Below, one piece after another: positions 50,175 through 63,300 of a stretch of 64,000 nucleotides of DNA (its first letter is position 1; each line of letters opens with the position of its first letter). The notes under the pieces were generated by a model, which was given only the letters and a program-made list of their open reading frames with translations, searched no databases and had not been told where the DNA came from. Position numbers and translations under genes: made by a program. The stretch is from Octopus vulgaris (taxonomy: Eukaryota): the NCBI GenBank assembly GCA_951406725.2, contig OX597820.1, forward strand, positions 110,298,001 to 110,362,000, written 5' to 3'.

Positions 50175-51280
50175 ATAATAATAATTTCTTATGTTACCAG
50201 AAGATGGATTTGGTATTAATCTTTATTTTGTATAATGGTCATTTCGACCCATCCTGCTACTGTTCCTTTTGGGTGGGACTCCATTCAACATGTTGTGCTG
50301 CATCCATTTTGCAGTTTGGGTCTCATCAGATACATCCATACATAAAGTTGTGTCTTGCTAAATATCCTGAGTTTTGATTATCATGTTGTTCTATACCTGT
50401 CTGGTTAGGAAGTGAAACATTACTACAATTTTCAGTCACTGTTATTTGTCTATAATAAGAATTGCAAACATTTCTGAATATAGAGAAATAACTGTTGATA
50501 AAAAGCAAAAATTGTAGGGGAAGTGAATTGATGGACAAGAATGGATTGAGTTACATTGGGTTTAAGACAAAGGAATGGTACTAGAAAAAGGAAGGGAAAG
50601 ATATGTATGCAGTCTAGGGGGGTGAAAGGTTGTTCAACTAGCTAGCTTAGGTCAGGATGCACACACACCCACTCATCCCTACATTCACACAAGGGACATT
50701 GGCCCACCCACCCATATGGTCAATTTCAGCTGTAATTCATATAATTTATTGTTGGAAGACAACCTCACCAGACAGTCTGACTTGCTCCACATCTATATGA
50801 CCAAGGGTGAATCACACACCTCTATGCCTATATATACATACGCATGTATGTAGATGTATGTGTAGATATATACATCCGATATGTGTATATGTATGTGTGA
50901 GTGTATGTATGCATGTGTGTGTGTATTTATAGGTGTCAAATTGTCTATATTTACAAATTATCTATACTTACAAATATTGTCTATATTTATAAATGTTTGC
51001 AATTCTTATTATGTAAAGATAATAGTAATTGAAAATTGTAGCAATGTTTCATTCCCTAACCAGATGGGCATATAACAACATGACAGCCAAAACTCAGGAT
51101 CTTTAGTGAGGCACATGGATATACCTGATGAGGCCCAGATTGCAAAATCGATGCATAACATGTTGAATGGAGTCTCACCCATAAGGGACAGTAGCAGGAT
51201 GGGATGAAATGACTTGTACAAAATAAAGATTAATAAATATAAAAATCCATCTTCTGGTTACTTAAGAAATTATTATTATT
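50175..51280. mobile_element. Non-coding fold-back element, about 310-bp diverged inverted arms, each with a hammerhead
   Basis: About 50175-50490 is reverse-complementary to about 50975-51280. Confidence 0.8.
50229..50334 (-). ncRNA. Type I hammerhead ribozyme (AUU site)
   Basis: Minus strand: TGTAT-CTGATGA-GACCCA...TGGGTC-GAAAT-GACC-ATT-ATACA. A decayed mirror copy lies at about 51120-51220 (+). Confidence 0.75.
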
Positions 51281-52080
51281 TTCTCAACACTGTGGAGTTC
51301 TTGAATTAGATCCAGTGGAAATATGCCCCAACTACGGATGACACCAGGTATCCCAAATTTTGCCAGTGCTCTACTCAACACTTCAACACACTAATTGATA
51401 TATACCCACTAGTCCAGAATATTAAATATATATATATATAAAACAAAAGAGGGGGTGTATTTCCACACAGGAAAAATTATAGGCAAATTTGTTGTTGAAA
51501 ACACACCTAAATTTGAAAAACTTGTAATTGTTTTTAAATAAGTTTATTTACATATATACCAAACTAGTTTCAAGAATATTTCTTGTTTATCAATGGTAAA
51601 AGTTTAGAATTATGAATTAGAAAGACATGTTTAATAGTTTCAATGTTGACAAGTTTAAATGTTCATAACAGTCAATAATATAAAAACTGTGGCTCATCTT
51701 GTTTAAATGCACAAAATTCAATAGTGTTAGTAGTGATCAACAAGAAATGAATATCATCAAAGTTTCAGTAATACAGAGTTAAGAGGGAGGAAAACAAGTG
51801 AGAAATGAAGATAGTAAAAAAGGTGGGTGGGGTGCAGTTTCTGTGATTTTCTTTCCGTCCTGTGCAGGAACTTTTGCTTGTAATGGTGTTTATTGGAATC
51901 TGGTGTATTTGTAATTTTTTCTGTGAACAGATCTAGTTTTTGAATTGTTAAAGTACTGTTTTTCTGGTGGTCAAGTTTGTCATTCTGCCTGGTTGGCTTC
52001 CAATCATTCCAGTTGGTTGATTCTCTTAAAGGGTTATAGTAGCTGTTGTTGACTGTTCAAATGATACAATGTTATTAAAT

Positions 52081-52565
52081 AGAAAAACAGTTAGAATGAA
52101 TCACCATGAGACATTTTTGTGTATAAATATATTGTTTATTCTGTGTTCACTTTTTGTGGTGGAAGTATGTAATATGATACAAAAACGTGAGTGTTTACAT
52201 ACAAAGAAAGTTTTGATTTTTGCATTTGCACTGAAAGAAGTGACATATGATATTTGTATTACAGTATGTATGCATGTGTGTAATGAGAACAGTCATGTTG
52301 AGGATGTGTGTGTGATAAAATATCTTCATTTATGAACCATATATCTTGTGTCAAGGTGAATAGACATGTGAGTTGCACGTGGGAGATTGTGCATGGAGCT
52401 GCAGAGAAGACATGTGTCTTTGACTGAAACCTGGGAGGAACTGAAAGTTTTCTACAGTGTAGCTCAGAAAGAGGCTAATGTATCAAAGTGAGGCTAGATG
52501 CCTTATCGACATATTCATCTGCTGTGCAGGTTGACTCACATATTACTACGTAATATGTAGCTCTG
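52081..52565. repeat. About 480-bp direct repeat, copy 1 (copy 2 at about 56008-56480)
   Basis: GAATCACCATGAGACATTTTTGTGT...GTGCAGGTTGACTCACATATTACTA is present in both copies. Confidence 0.9.
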
Positions 52566-52884
52566 CTACATAGCCTCCTACTAGACTTAAAAAGTTGGTG
52601 AAAAACTAGAGATGGCATATGTAAATATGCAGTACAAAAAGCAGGTAAGGACATGGAATACAAACAGAAGGATGCAATATAACAAAAAAATGAGAAACTG
52701 AAATGAAAAGGCAAAGCATGGTAAGGGTAAACAGAATATCAACACAAGGAAATATGCAAAATGCTCAAGTCGATTAGGTAAAGTTTAAAGGAATACTGTG
52801 AGGAACAAAACTGCGTCATTGGTGATATGTGTTGAAAAGTCCTTGGTAAGTTCATTATAGTTTAGATGTATATAGTTTTAGACA

Positions 52885-53460
52885 GCTTGGTGAGCCAATG
52901 TACACGGTGACCACTATGAGTCATAGTGACGTATTTAGATGGAGGAGGGGTTGGTGTGTGTGATTGTGTTAGTGGTGATTGCCGTGGAGTAGCATTTGTT
53001 TTATGTGGGAGGTGTATGAGGTGGCATTGTATCACTGTCTGTGTATACCCACTTAAGCCTGTCTATTGAGACAGTTACTTTTTCACCATTAATGTCTATG
53101 GAATATAGTTTGTGTGTGTGTGACAGGATGCGATAGGGTTCATGTAAAGAGGTGTGAGAGGGATTTTCACAGCATTGTTTCATAGAAGCACATGGATCCA
53201 AAAATTAATGTCGTTTGGAAATGATGATTTAGTAGTTTGCTGTTGTGTTGACATGAGTGACAGTTCTTGCATATATTTGCAAAGTCTGAAAGTCTGTGTA
53301 TGTACATAGTGGGGTCTTGTGTGGACAGATTCACTGGGGCCAACATCTGGCCTGGCAACGAAAGAGGTGTGCCATAAACAAGTTCTGCTAGGGAATAACC
53401 AAGATCCTCCTTTATTGAGGCTCGACAGCCAAGAAGGACAATTGGAAGATATTCACTCCA
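52885..53460 (-). mobile_element. Gypsy-type LTR retrotransposon integrase C-terminal relic
   Basis: PYRIL...YSIDINGEKVTVSIDRLK and SGHRVHW (T/RSGR-like) motifs. Confidence 0.6.
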
Positions 53461-53689
53461 ACACTGCCGATCTGAGTAAACATCTTGCTATTTCCCCCCA
53501 AAATTTTTTATATTTTTAGCCGGACTCAACAAAAGTGAATTTTGGGGTTTCAACATCCTTGCAACAAATTGTTCATATATGAAAATATGATGGTGTAAGT
53601 GCGGTCTATTTGTAAATGACTTTGGTGTGTGTTTCCTTAGTAACACGCATTTTTCGTTGAACAAGGCATCTGACGAACCACTATATATA

Positions 53690-55386
53690 CACTTGCGTCA
53701 GAAATTAATTAGCACTTCTCAAATTTCTACATTTTCTTACATTTTCTTAATTTAATTAACTTATTATCAGAAACGAACTCGTTTTTAATCAAAAATTTAT
53801 TAAAACATATCCCAGCATACCACATAATAGTCAATATCTTGTTGCTCCACCTTTGGCAGCAATGATAGCTGCTACGCGGGCCGGCATGCTGTCTATGAGC
53901 GCCTGCAGGTACTGTGCAGGGATAGCCCTCCATGCAGCAAGAAGTGCCCCAAACAGTTCGTGTCGGTTCCTGTATTGCTGCACATTCAAATCCCTACCCA
54001 ATCGACACCAGAGGTTCTCAATAGGATTCAGGTCAGGTGACTGGCCAGGCCAGTCCATGACCGTCACCCCATGGTCCTTGAAAAAACCGGTTGTGAGCTT
54101 GGCTGTGTGGGGAGGCGCGTTGTTCTGCTGGAGCACGTACTCCTCGCCACCAAAGAGGTATCCCGCAGAGGGTAGGGCAGCATTCTGTACTATCTCAACG
54201 TACTTTGCTGCGTTGATGTTGCCTTCGACGGCATAGAGCCGCCCAACACCACTGTAGCTGAACGCCCCCACACCATCAGACCACCCCCACCATGCTTCAT
54301 GGTGGGAGCAATGCAGTCTTTGTTGAAGCGCTCATCCCTGCGGCGTTGCACATGGACAGGCTTGTCACTGACGAGACTGAATCGCGACTCGTCAGTGAAC
54401 ATCACTGTCTGCCACTGCTGCACGGTCCATGTCTTGTGGGCACGGGCCCAGAGCAGCCGCCTCTTCCGGTTTTGGGCTGTAAGGAGCGGCTTACAGGATT
54501 TTAGACCAGCTTCCAGTAATCTGGTCTTGACGGTGGTTGTAGACAACTGCTTCCCTGTCACCTTTTGCATCTCCTCCGCCAGTTGCCAGCTTGTTGCCCT
54601 TCGGTTGTTCAGTGACTTTCGGATCAGCATCCGGTCCTCCCGCTGGGTCGTCAGCCTCTTCCGTCCCCTACCCTTTTTGTCAGCTGCTGATCCGGTTTCC
54701 TCGTATTTCTTAAATAAGCACTGAATTGTGTGCCTGGCTACACCAAGTTTTCTGGCTATTGCAGCCTCCGACAGCTTCCCACGCCACGAGAGAGCCTCGT
54801 ACCGTCTCTCCAAGGTCATGCGAGGTCTTGGGCCCATCTAGGAATGAACGATAAAAAACAGTTATTTTCATTAAAACTATTCATTTGAATAATGTTATGC
54901 TATAACAAAACTGCTATGAGTTATTATTCATTAAACAAAAAAGAAAGAAAGCAGAATTTCTCACCTTATTTGATGTATAACAGAAAGTTTTGTGAACTGG
55001 AAGTGACGTCACGAAGCAGAGTGTAGGAGAATTTGTGAGGAAAAAAAATCTTGCAAATACACAAATCAATTAACCTATGAGCTGTTCAAAACGTCTTACA
55101 CGATGAGAAAACTTAGTACGGTGTGATTTCTGTCCTTGCGAGGCGCTACCTATATCTATTAAACAAAGGAAGATTTGTCTGCATCCGCACTCCAAGTTGT
55201 TGTTGCACTTCTATGTCAACATCATTAGGCTGTAGTCTCTCAAACCGCTCTGCAAACAAAGTTACGTCATCGTTCTGCGCAACAGTGAACTCACAACAAA
55301 GCAATAGTTCGAGATATGGCCACTAGGTGACAGCACATACCTTGAGTGAAGAGCAAATCAAGGGTGCTAATTAATTTCTGACGGTA

Positions 55387-55389
<3 letters not shown>
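53690..55389 (-). mobile_element. Tc1-family DNA transposon, full length (1.7 kb)
   Basis: TIRs CACTTGCGTCAGAAATTAATTAGCAC / GTGCTAATTAATTTCTGACGGTAGTG; TA on both sides. Confidence 0.95.
53831..54837 (-). pseudogene. Tc1 transposase (DD34E), single frameshift near 54270
   Basis: Paired-like HTH, GRKR, FTDESRF, KHGGG.LMVWG, QQNNAPPH (second catalytic D reads N), WPGQSPDLNPIENLW, GGATRY. Confidence 0.92.
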
Positions 55390-55442
<53 letters not shown>

Positions 55443-55461
55443 TATATATATATATATAGTG

Positions 55462-55495
<34 letters not shown>

Positions 55496-55499
55496 TTCT

Positions 55500-55915
55500 C
55501 TTTTCTCTTTTCTCTTTTACTTGTTTCAATCATTTGACTGCGGCCATGCTGGAGCACCGCCTTTAGTCGAGCAACTCGACCCCGGGACTTATTCTTTTGT
55601 AAGCCCAGAACTTATGCTATCGGTCTCTTCTCCCGAACCGCTAAGTAATGGGGACATAAACACACCAGCATCGGTTGTCAAGCAATGCTAGGGGACAAAC
55701 ACAGACATACAAACACACACACACACACACATACATATATACACATATATACGACGGGCTTCTTTCAGTTTCCGTCTACCAAATCCACTCACAAGGCTTT
55801 GGTCAGCCCAAGGCTATAGTAGAAGACACTTGTCCAAGGTGCCACACAGTGGGACTGAACCTGGAACTATGTGGTTGGCAGACAAGCTACTTACCACACA
55901 GCCACTCCTGCACCT
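55500..55915 (-). mobile_element. tRNA-derived SINE, full length
   Basis: Reverse complement of the 6473-6850 family. Confidence 0.88.
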
Positions 55916-56007
55916 ATATATGTATATATGTATATATTTTTTTTTATATCGGGGTCACCATTTTATAGCGGCTGTCATTGGCTGTTCAAGTTTGTGTTAT
56001 TAACTGG

Positions 56008-56480
56008 AAAAACAGTATGAATCACCATGAGACATTTTTGTGTACAAATATATTGTTTATTCTGTGTTCACCTTTTGTGGTGGAAGCATGTAGTATGATA
56101 CAAAAACGTGAGTGTTTACATACAAAGTTTTGATTTTTGTTTTTGCACTGAAAGAAGTAACATATAGTATTTGTATTACAGTATGTATGCATGTGTGTAT
56201 TGAAACAGTCCTGTTGAGGATGTGTGTATGATAAAATATCTTCATTTATGAACCATATATCTTGTGTCGAGGTGAATAGACATATGAGTCGCACGTGGGA
56301 GTTTGTGCATGGAGCTGCAGAGAAGACATGTGTCTTTGACTGAAACCTGGGAGGAACTGAAAGTTTTCTACAGTGTAGCTCAGAATGAGGCTACTGTATC
56401 AAAGTGAGACTAGATGCCTCATTGACATAGTCATCTGCTGTGCAGGTTGACTCACATATTACTATGTAAAATGTAGCTTT
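56008..56480. repeat. About 480-bp direct repeat, copy 2
   Basis: See 52081-52565. Confidence 0.9.
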
Positions 56481-56654
56481 GCTTCAGGGTAATTTTGTTG
56501 TATTTGATCGGAGGTAAAATTTCATTGGTCTAGAGTTAGGTGATGTCAGCAACTGGTGTTTTTAAAATTTCATTTCCCAACAATACTAGGTGTTGAACCA
56601 GTTTTTCCTTCCATGCAACCATCACTTCATGAGGTTAACATATCCTCTAATTAA

Positions 56655-56701
<47 letters not shown>

Positions 56702-56737
56702 TATACATTATATATATAGACACACACATATATATAA

Positions 56738-57180
56738 GACTCCTTTACCTGCACTTCTAGTAATGTCACTTACTGCATCTCCTGCTCTTTCTGCCCTTCT
56801 CTGTACATCGGTCAAACGAGATTCCACTTGGTTGACTGGTTCACGGAGCACCTCCAAGATACTAGACTCAGCAACGGCACTCCGGTCTTATACCATTTCC
56901 ACTCTACTAGTCATTCACTACTACACCTGTCTGTGTTTGGATTGTCTTTACACAGAGGCCATCTGGACTCCCACCTTCGCTGTGAACAGGAATTAATCTT
57001 CTCTCTTCACTCCTTTGTGCTACATGGGCTCAACTCCCCTCCTCTCTTCATTTGACTCTCTTCCTCTCGTCTCTTCATCTAACACCTACTTCCTCTCTTC
57101 AGTCCTACCCACCTTCTCTCTTCGCTGATACCACCTCCACACACCCCACACCCACCCTACACCCTTGCCCCCACCATTCC
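56738..57180 (+). mobile_element. Neptune-like PLE GIY-YIG 3' fragment
   Basis: SFTCTSSNV..CISCS...LYIGQT...FTEHL...EQELIFSL..GLNSPP; same family as 8322-9890. Confidence 0.85.
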
Positions 57181-57799
57181 CCCTAAAAAAATATATATAT
57201 ATACAATCCCACACACGCGTGCACCAAAAAAGGTTCATACACACGTCAATATATGCACATGCACAAGAAAAAAACAGGGCTATGGGCAACAATACAGTAA
57301 AAATGGTAAAGAAGTATTAAAAAATATAAGCAATAAGAGTAAAATACATCTATATACGCACACGCACAAAAAAAGGTTCATAAACACGTCTATATATGTA
57401 CATGCACAAGAAAAAATGGCTAAAGGCGAAATACAGGAAAATGTGTAAAAAATGTATAAAAACAATGAGTGAAACATGTCTATATTTAAACATACTCACA
57501 TGCATGCACACACACACACATCTATATACGCACATACCCGCACACACGCACATAAAAAGTTTCCATATTCACGTCTATATACATACAGGGAAAATGCTGG
57601 GTGGAAGGCAGAATACAGAAAAAATATGTGTAAAAAATATATGAGCAATAAACCTATAAAGCAATATCTCTGTAAATATGTAAAAAATATGTATAAAAAA
57701 TATATAAATATATATAAAAATATATAAGAAATATAAGTAAAAAGTATAAAGAGATAAAAAGCTTGTACGTGGACACAATATAGAGAGCAAGTCCTATCT

Positions 57800-58890
57800 G
57801 TAATCTTGGGGAGACCAAAAACGTAGCAAATATTTAGCCACTTGTGGGCATGATCAGAAAAGTTCAGTTCTTGAATGTAGCGGTGTCTAAGTTGCTTTTC
57901 CAGATGAACCATCTTTCCATATCACATAGACTGCACTTTCCACTACCATTGGTGTAGGGCTTACACTTGGCTAAGATCTTCCAATGGATGTTGTAACTGA
58001 CACCTTTATCTTTTAATGATCATATATGACTGAATAATTTGGTCATTTTTCTTTTATCCCAGTGCCTAAAGCTCAAGGTGTGATTATTGAACCTGGCCTT
58101 GAAATTACCCTCTATAAGGCCCACCTATTTCTTCGTCGAAACCGTGTCTTTAATGGGTATAGAGTCTAAGGTGGTTTCATAAATGATGGTCTCGGACATG
58201 CAAACTCCATTTAGCAGGCACAAATTTTTATCCCTGCATGAACAGCTGGTTTCATATTGTGGTTTTCGTGTGTTGTGTGCGATTATATTTATAAAATTGG
58301 TAGTTGAGCTGAAACTGATTTTTAAGTTATGTCTATTGAAGAGCTTTCTGTAAGTATGGTTGACTGGAAAATGTCTATCTATCAGTGCTAAGAAATACTT
58401 GCCTATATTGAAGGTCACCTCGGGTGAGTAGGGGTGTGTGAACCAGATAGTTTTCCTATTCCTATGTTTCCTCTTCTGTATTGTTGGGCTGGTAGCAGGT
58501 GTATAGGTTATTTCCTCGCTAAATCCACTATCTTTTAGAGCCTTATTATATACTGGGGAAATGCTATTAAAAACGTCCCTATCAGGGGAGAGACTAGAAA
58601 TTCTTTTGCTAATGTTTTTAACTAAATTTTTAAACACTTTGGGGGGATGGCAGGAACCCACATTAATATAACTAAGTTTATCGTTGGGCTTCCTATAAGG
58701 CTTATAAATGTTCTTATTTAGATCTAAGGATACGTCCAGGAAATTGACAACCGTCAGGTTGGTGTCTGTAGTTGTGCTAAGTCCAAAGGTTTTCATCAAC
58801 TGGATAATGTCCTTCCTAAACTGATCCTGTGCTGGTCCATTGGTATTTGCAGTTAAGGCAAGGGCATCATCTTTGTGGATGGTGAAGTAT
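57800..58890 (-). mobile_element. Penelope-like element fragment (Nematis-like), without Asn-rich expansion
   Basis: VNFLDVSLDL...YKPYRKPN...CHPP...IWFTHPYS...RHFP...CSCRDKNLC (58125-58907); EN remnant extends to about 57800. Confidence 0.88.
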
Positions 58891-60356
58891 ACGCTACACA
58901 CACACATAATACAACTGGCATCTTGCAGTTTTTGCTTATCAAATCTACTCGCAAGGCTTTGGTCGGCTTGGAGCTATGGTAGAAGACATTTGCTCAATGT
59001 GCCATACAGCGGGACTGAACCCAAAACCAAGCGATTGGGAAGCAAATTTCTTATCACACACATTACATACATGCATCATATATTATGATGGTCATCTCAT
59101 CTTATCATATGATAACTCTTACATTCAACCTGATTTAGTTTCATCCCTGCACGAGCATGGATATGATGACTTTTCAGGCCAGCCAATAACTTCAAGACAA
59201 AAATCTATCACATGGCCCTGCTTCATGTCACCATGCATCCATCACCATAGGACTTTATAAAATACAAAAGAGACCTAGAAATGAAATAGTAGACATCTGT
59301 CATTGGATTTAAGTAACAAAAGACTATACATTTTTGCCACTCTCTTGGTAGCTCTAGTGACAAGTATTGCAAGATGACTAGTACTATCTCAACTGCAAGT
59401 TTTATGTCAGAGTATCTTTCTGCTAGAAGAACTGCCTTCTCCACAGCTTTGTCAAAAATAACAGACGCCTCCTCTACCCCTGGGAAATCTTTTTAACCCA
59501 TAGATAGGATCCTGACAGGTACTGCTATACTAGATCAGAACGGACATGAGAGTAGTAGTAATTAAGGGGACTCCACACTCTCCACAATTCCAGAGCTTCT
59601 GAATCGCTAGGTGTGGTTTAATGCCATATCTAAGACATTATGTATGTTTGTATATACATATATGAATAATTTTAATAAATCAAGAACTTATACTGTATAA
59701 TATTTCTCATTCTTGTTCAAATACATGCCACTAACCACTCTGAGTTATTTTTCTTAGCTTTTTTCTCTTGGCTACTGGAAATAAGGTTGTGCAGTTGCCA
59801 TGCTGATAATCATTATCGAGCCAAAAACACATCTCCAGACAATAAGCCTTAATGGCATGTCAATTTTGGAGAAATCTTGATTCCTTAAATGCCATTTGGT
59901 AATTATGATACATCCTCTAGAGGTGGAGATAATTTTAATAAATCAAGAATTTATGTTTTATGGTATTTGATATCCTGTATTTGTCTATTTTGTTCAAATA
60001 CATGCCACTTCCACTCTGAAGTGTCTTTCTCCTTGTTGGCATTAAGAAGGGTGGCATCCAGCTGTGGAAATCAAGCCAAAACAGACTATAGAACCTGGTA
60101 TGGTTCCTGGCCTTACCAGTTCCTGTCAAACCATCCAACCCAAGCCAGCATAGAAAATGGACATAAATGATGATGACATACATGTGTATGTGTGTGTGCA
60201 GATATAACTATGAGTTAAGAATTTTGCTTCTAAACCACATGATTTTGGGTTCAATTTCTCTGTGTGGCATCTTAGGCGAATGTCTTCTACTATACTCCCA
60301 GGCCAACCAAAGCCTTGTCAGAAGATTTTGTTAGACAAAAACTGAAAGGCACCCAT

Positions 60357-63300
60357 TCCTCATCATCATCATTCTTTAGTGTCTGCTTTCCATGCTGGCA
60401 TGGGTTAGAGGGTTTGGCTGAAGCTTCCACAAGTTCCTCCACAGTTAAAGATTGGCCCTTCTTTACACAGTTGTCCTCATCCATATTCATCACCTGACTT
60501 TACCAATGCAGTTGTCTCTCTTGCACACGACATCTGAAGCCTTTGCCCAACTGTGGGAAGCTGGAGAGCTACACCAGGTTCCAATCTGATTTGATGTGGT
60601 TTCTATGGCTGGATGCTTTTCCTAACACCAATGAGTTCAAGAGTGTAATGGGTGCTTTTTACATGCCACCAGCATATTGCTAAATGTCTCAGTCACTTAT
60701 CATTGCCTCTGTGAGGCCCAATGTTCATAGGGTGTTGTTTTTCTGTGCCACCAGCATGGGTGCCAGTTACATGACACTGGCATTGGCCATGACTACAATT
60801 TCACTTGGCTTCACAGGTCTTCTCAAGCGCGGCATATTGCTGAAGGTCTCAGTCACTTATCATCGCCTCCATGAGGCCCAACATTCACCACCTCGTTCCA
60901 TGTCTTCCTGAGTCTACCTCTTCCATAAGTTACCTCCACAGCTTCTTCACACAACTGTCCTCATCCATATGCATCTCATGACCATACCAATGCAATCGTC
61001 TCTCTTGCACACCACATCTGATGCCTCTTATGCTAAACTTTTCTCTCAATATGCTTACACTCTGTTGAGCATGCACACTGACATTTTACATCCAGCTTCA
61101 TTTCATACTAGCTTCATTTCTTTCAAGCCTACGCATATCCTTGGCAGTCACACCCCATGTTTCACTGCCATGTAGCATGGTTGTTCACACACAAGCATCA
61201 TACAATCTGCCTTGCACTCTGAGAGAGAGGCCCTTAGTTACCAACAGAGGTAGAAGCTTTCTGAACTTTGCCCAGCCTCTTCTTATTCTAGCAGATACAC
61301 TCTTGAAGCATCCACCTCTACAGTTGACTTGGTCAACTAGATAATGGAAGCTATCAACTACTTCTAGGTATCCCCCTGGCATTTAATGGAATCTATTTTC
61401 TGTATGTTTTTTATGTTTATTGCACCATCCATACACAAAAACTATTTTCTCTGTTAACCTTCCTCTGATATTGCTGCACCTCTTATGTGTCTGTAGCTTA
61501 CACTGAGTACATCTTATGGAGTTTCTACAAACCTCTTTTCTACTTTTGATGCCTCTGTAATTATTTGTACCTAAGGCATCACCTTTGCCTGTGTTGCAGT
61601 TGACTATAATGCTGCTACACCAGTTGTTAGGTATGATTCCCTCATGTACAACCTGATTCACTATACGGATGACTAGGCTATATCCTACTCTGCTAGATAT
61701 TTTAAGCATCTCAGCAGTGATTCCTGATGGGCCAGGGGCTTTCCCTATATTCATATCCTTCATTTCTTTATTTGGATAACTGGTTTCTTAGTTTGGTCGA
61801 CATTTGACAGACTCTCCTGCTCCTATTCATTCTCCACATTTAGTAGTCTTTCATAATGACGTTTCCAAGCCTCTTTCTATGCAGAATCATTAAATATAAG
61901 TGAACCATTATACATGCAGACATATTTCTCTCCTGTGATGTCATCGTTTTCTCTCATACACTGTCTTGCAATCTGAAACACTTCAAGTCTTTGGTCCTCA
62001 TGTCACAGAACATTGGCAAACTTCGTTTCTAATTCTTCCCTGACAGAATAAACCTGTCTTCTAGCTTCCCTTCTGATACAGTTCCCTGCTATCTCCATAC
62101 GTCCAGTCCTTGTAGGCCCATTTCTTTTCTCTAGCAGCCATATCAACTACTCTGTTCCACCACTACGTCATCTTAGGTCAAGGAGGACTTTGCACCAGCC
62201 ACAGATTTGGTCAGTAGCCTTCAGTAGGTTGTCCTGTAGGAGCCCCTAGTTGTCCTCCACATTATATATCACTATATCCTCTTCTTTTTCATCAACTGCT
62301 TCGAGTAACTTGTCTCTAAATCTCTGTCCTTTCAGATGATTCTTAAGCTTCCAGACCTTCTTTTCCACACTGGTTGTTTTCTAGGCAGCCATTTAGCCCT
62401 GATCCTGAAGTTGCTAACAACTAACTGATGTTGTGAGGTGCATTCTTCAGCTGGAAAAGTTTTGGCATTTATAAGCATCCATCTTTCCCATTTTCTGGCA
62501 AGAGTGTAGTCAATCTGACTAGTGTGCCTACTAGATTGATAGGTGAACAGGTGACCACCAAATTTTCTGAAGTTAGTATTACAAACCATAAGATCATTTG
62601 CATCACAAAACTCCAGCAGCCTGGTTTCCTCCTCATTACGAGTACCAAATCTTTAGCCACCTAGATGTTGTCCAACATACCCATTGAAGTTCCCAGCCAC
62701 AAAGAGAAGGTCCTAGACATTTGTTGACAAGGCAGTAGGCAAAAGGGTGTCATAAAATTGGTCTTTCTCTGATCATCAGGTAGAACTGGCTGAGGGGCAT
62801 AAGCCAAGATAATGGTTGCTGTTCCATGTTGCAACACTAGTCTAAGCTTAAGTATTCTGTTGCTCACTCTGACTACTCTGATTACTTTATCAACCCATTT
62901 TTCAACAAGAAGTATGCCCATGCCCCCAACCCCATCACTCTTCCTATCCAGAAATTCTTATACCTATGCTCTTTACCTGTGAAGAACCTAGCAGCAAATT
63001 GTTGGAGACAAAGTGATGCCATCGGACACGAAGGATGCAGCATAGACAGAGGTGATCGAAGGATTCTAGTCGCTTAATATCTTTCACCTTCATTGGCCAT
63101 AACTCGCTGCCGTAAAGGAGAATCGTTCGCACTAGTGCTTGGTAGATCCATACTTTGGTGGTGCGTCGGATCTCAGATCTTGACCAGAGTCGTGCACTGA
63201 GTCTGTTGAAGGCTTGGCGAGTGAGGTCAATTCTTGTTTTAATGTCAGCTTCACCTTGATCTGTAGCTGTAATAATGGCACCAAGGTATTTGAAATTCTC

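Noticed and set aside
52081-56480. Direct repeats as LTRs of the Gypsy fragment
   Set aside because: No TG...CA termini, PBS, PPT or TSD were seen, and no gag/RT lies between them.
59223-59444. 73-aa minus-strand ORF as a host exon
   Set aside because: No recognisable domain or convincing splice signals, and it lies next to a degenerate repeat.
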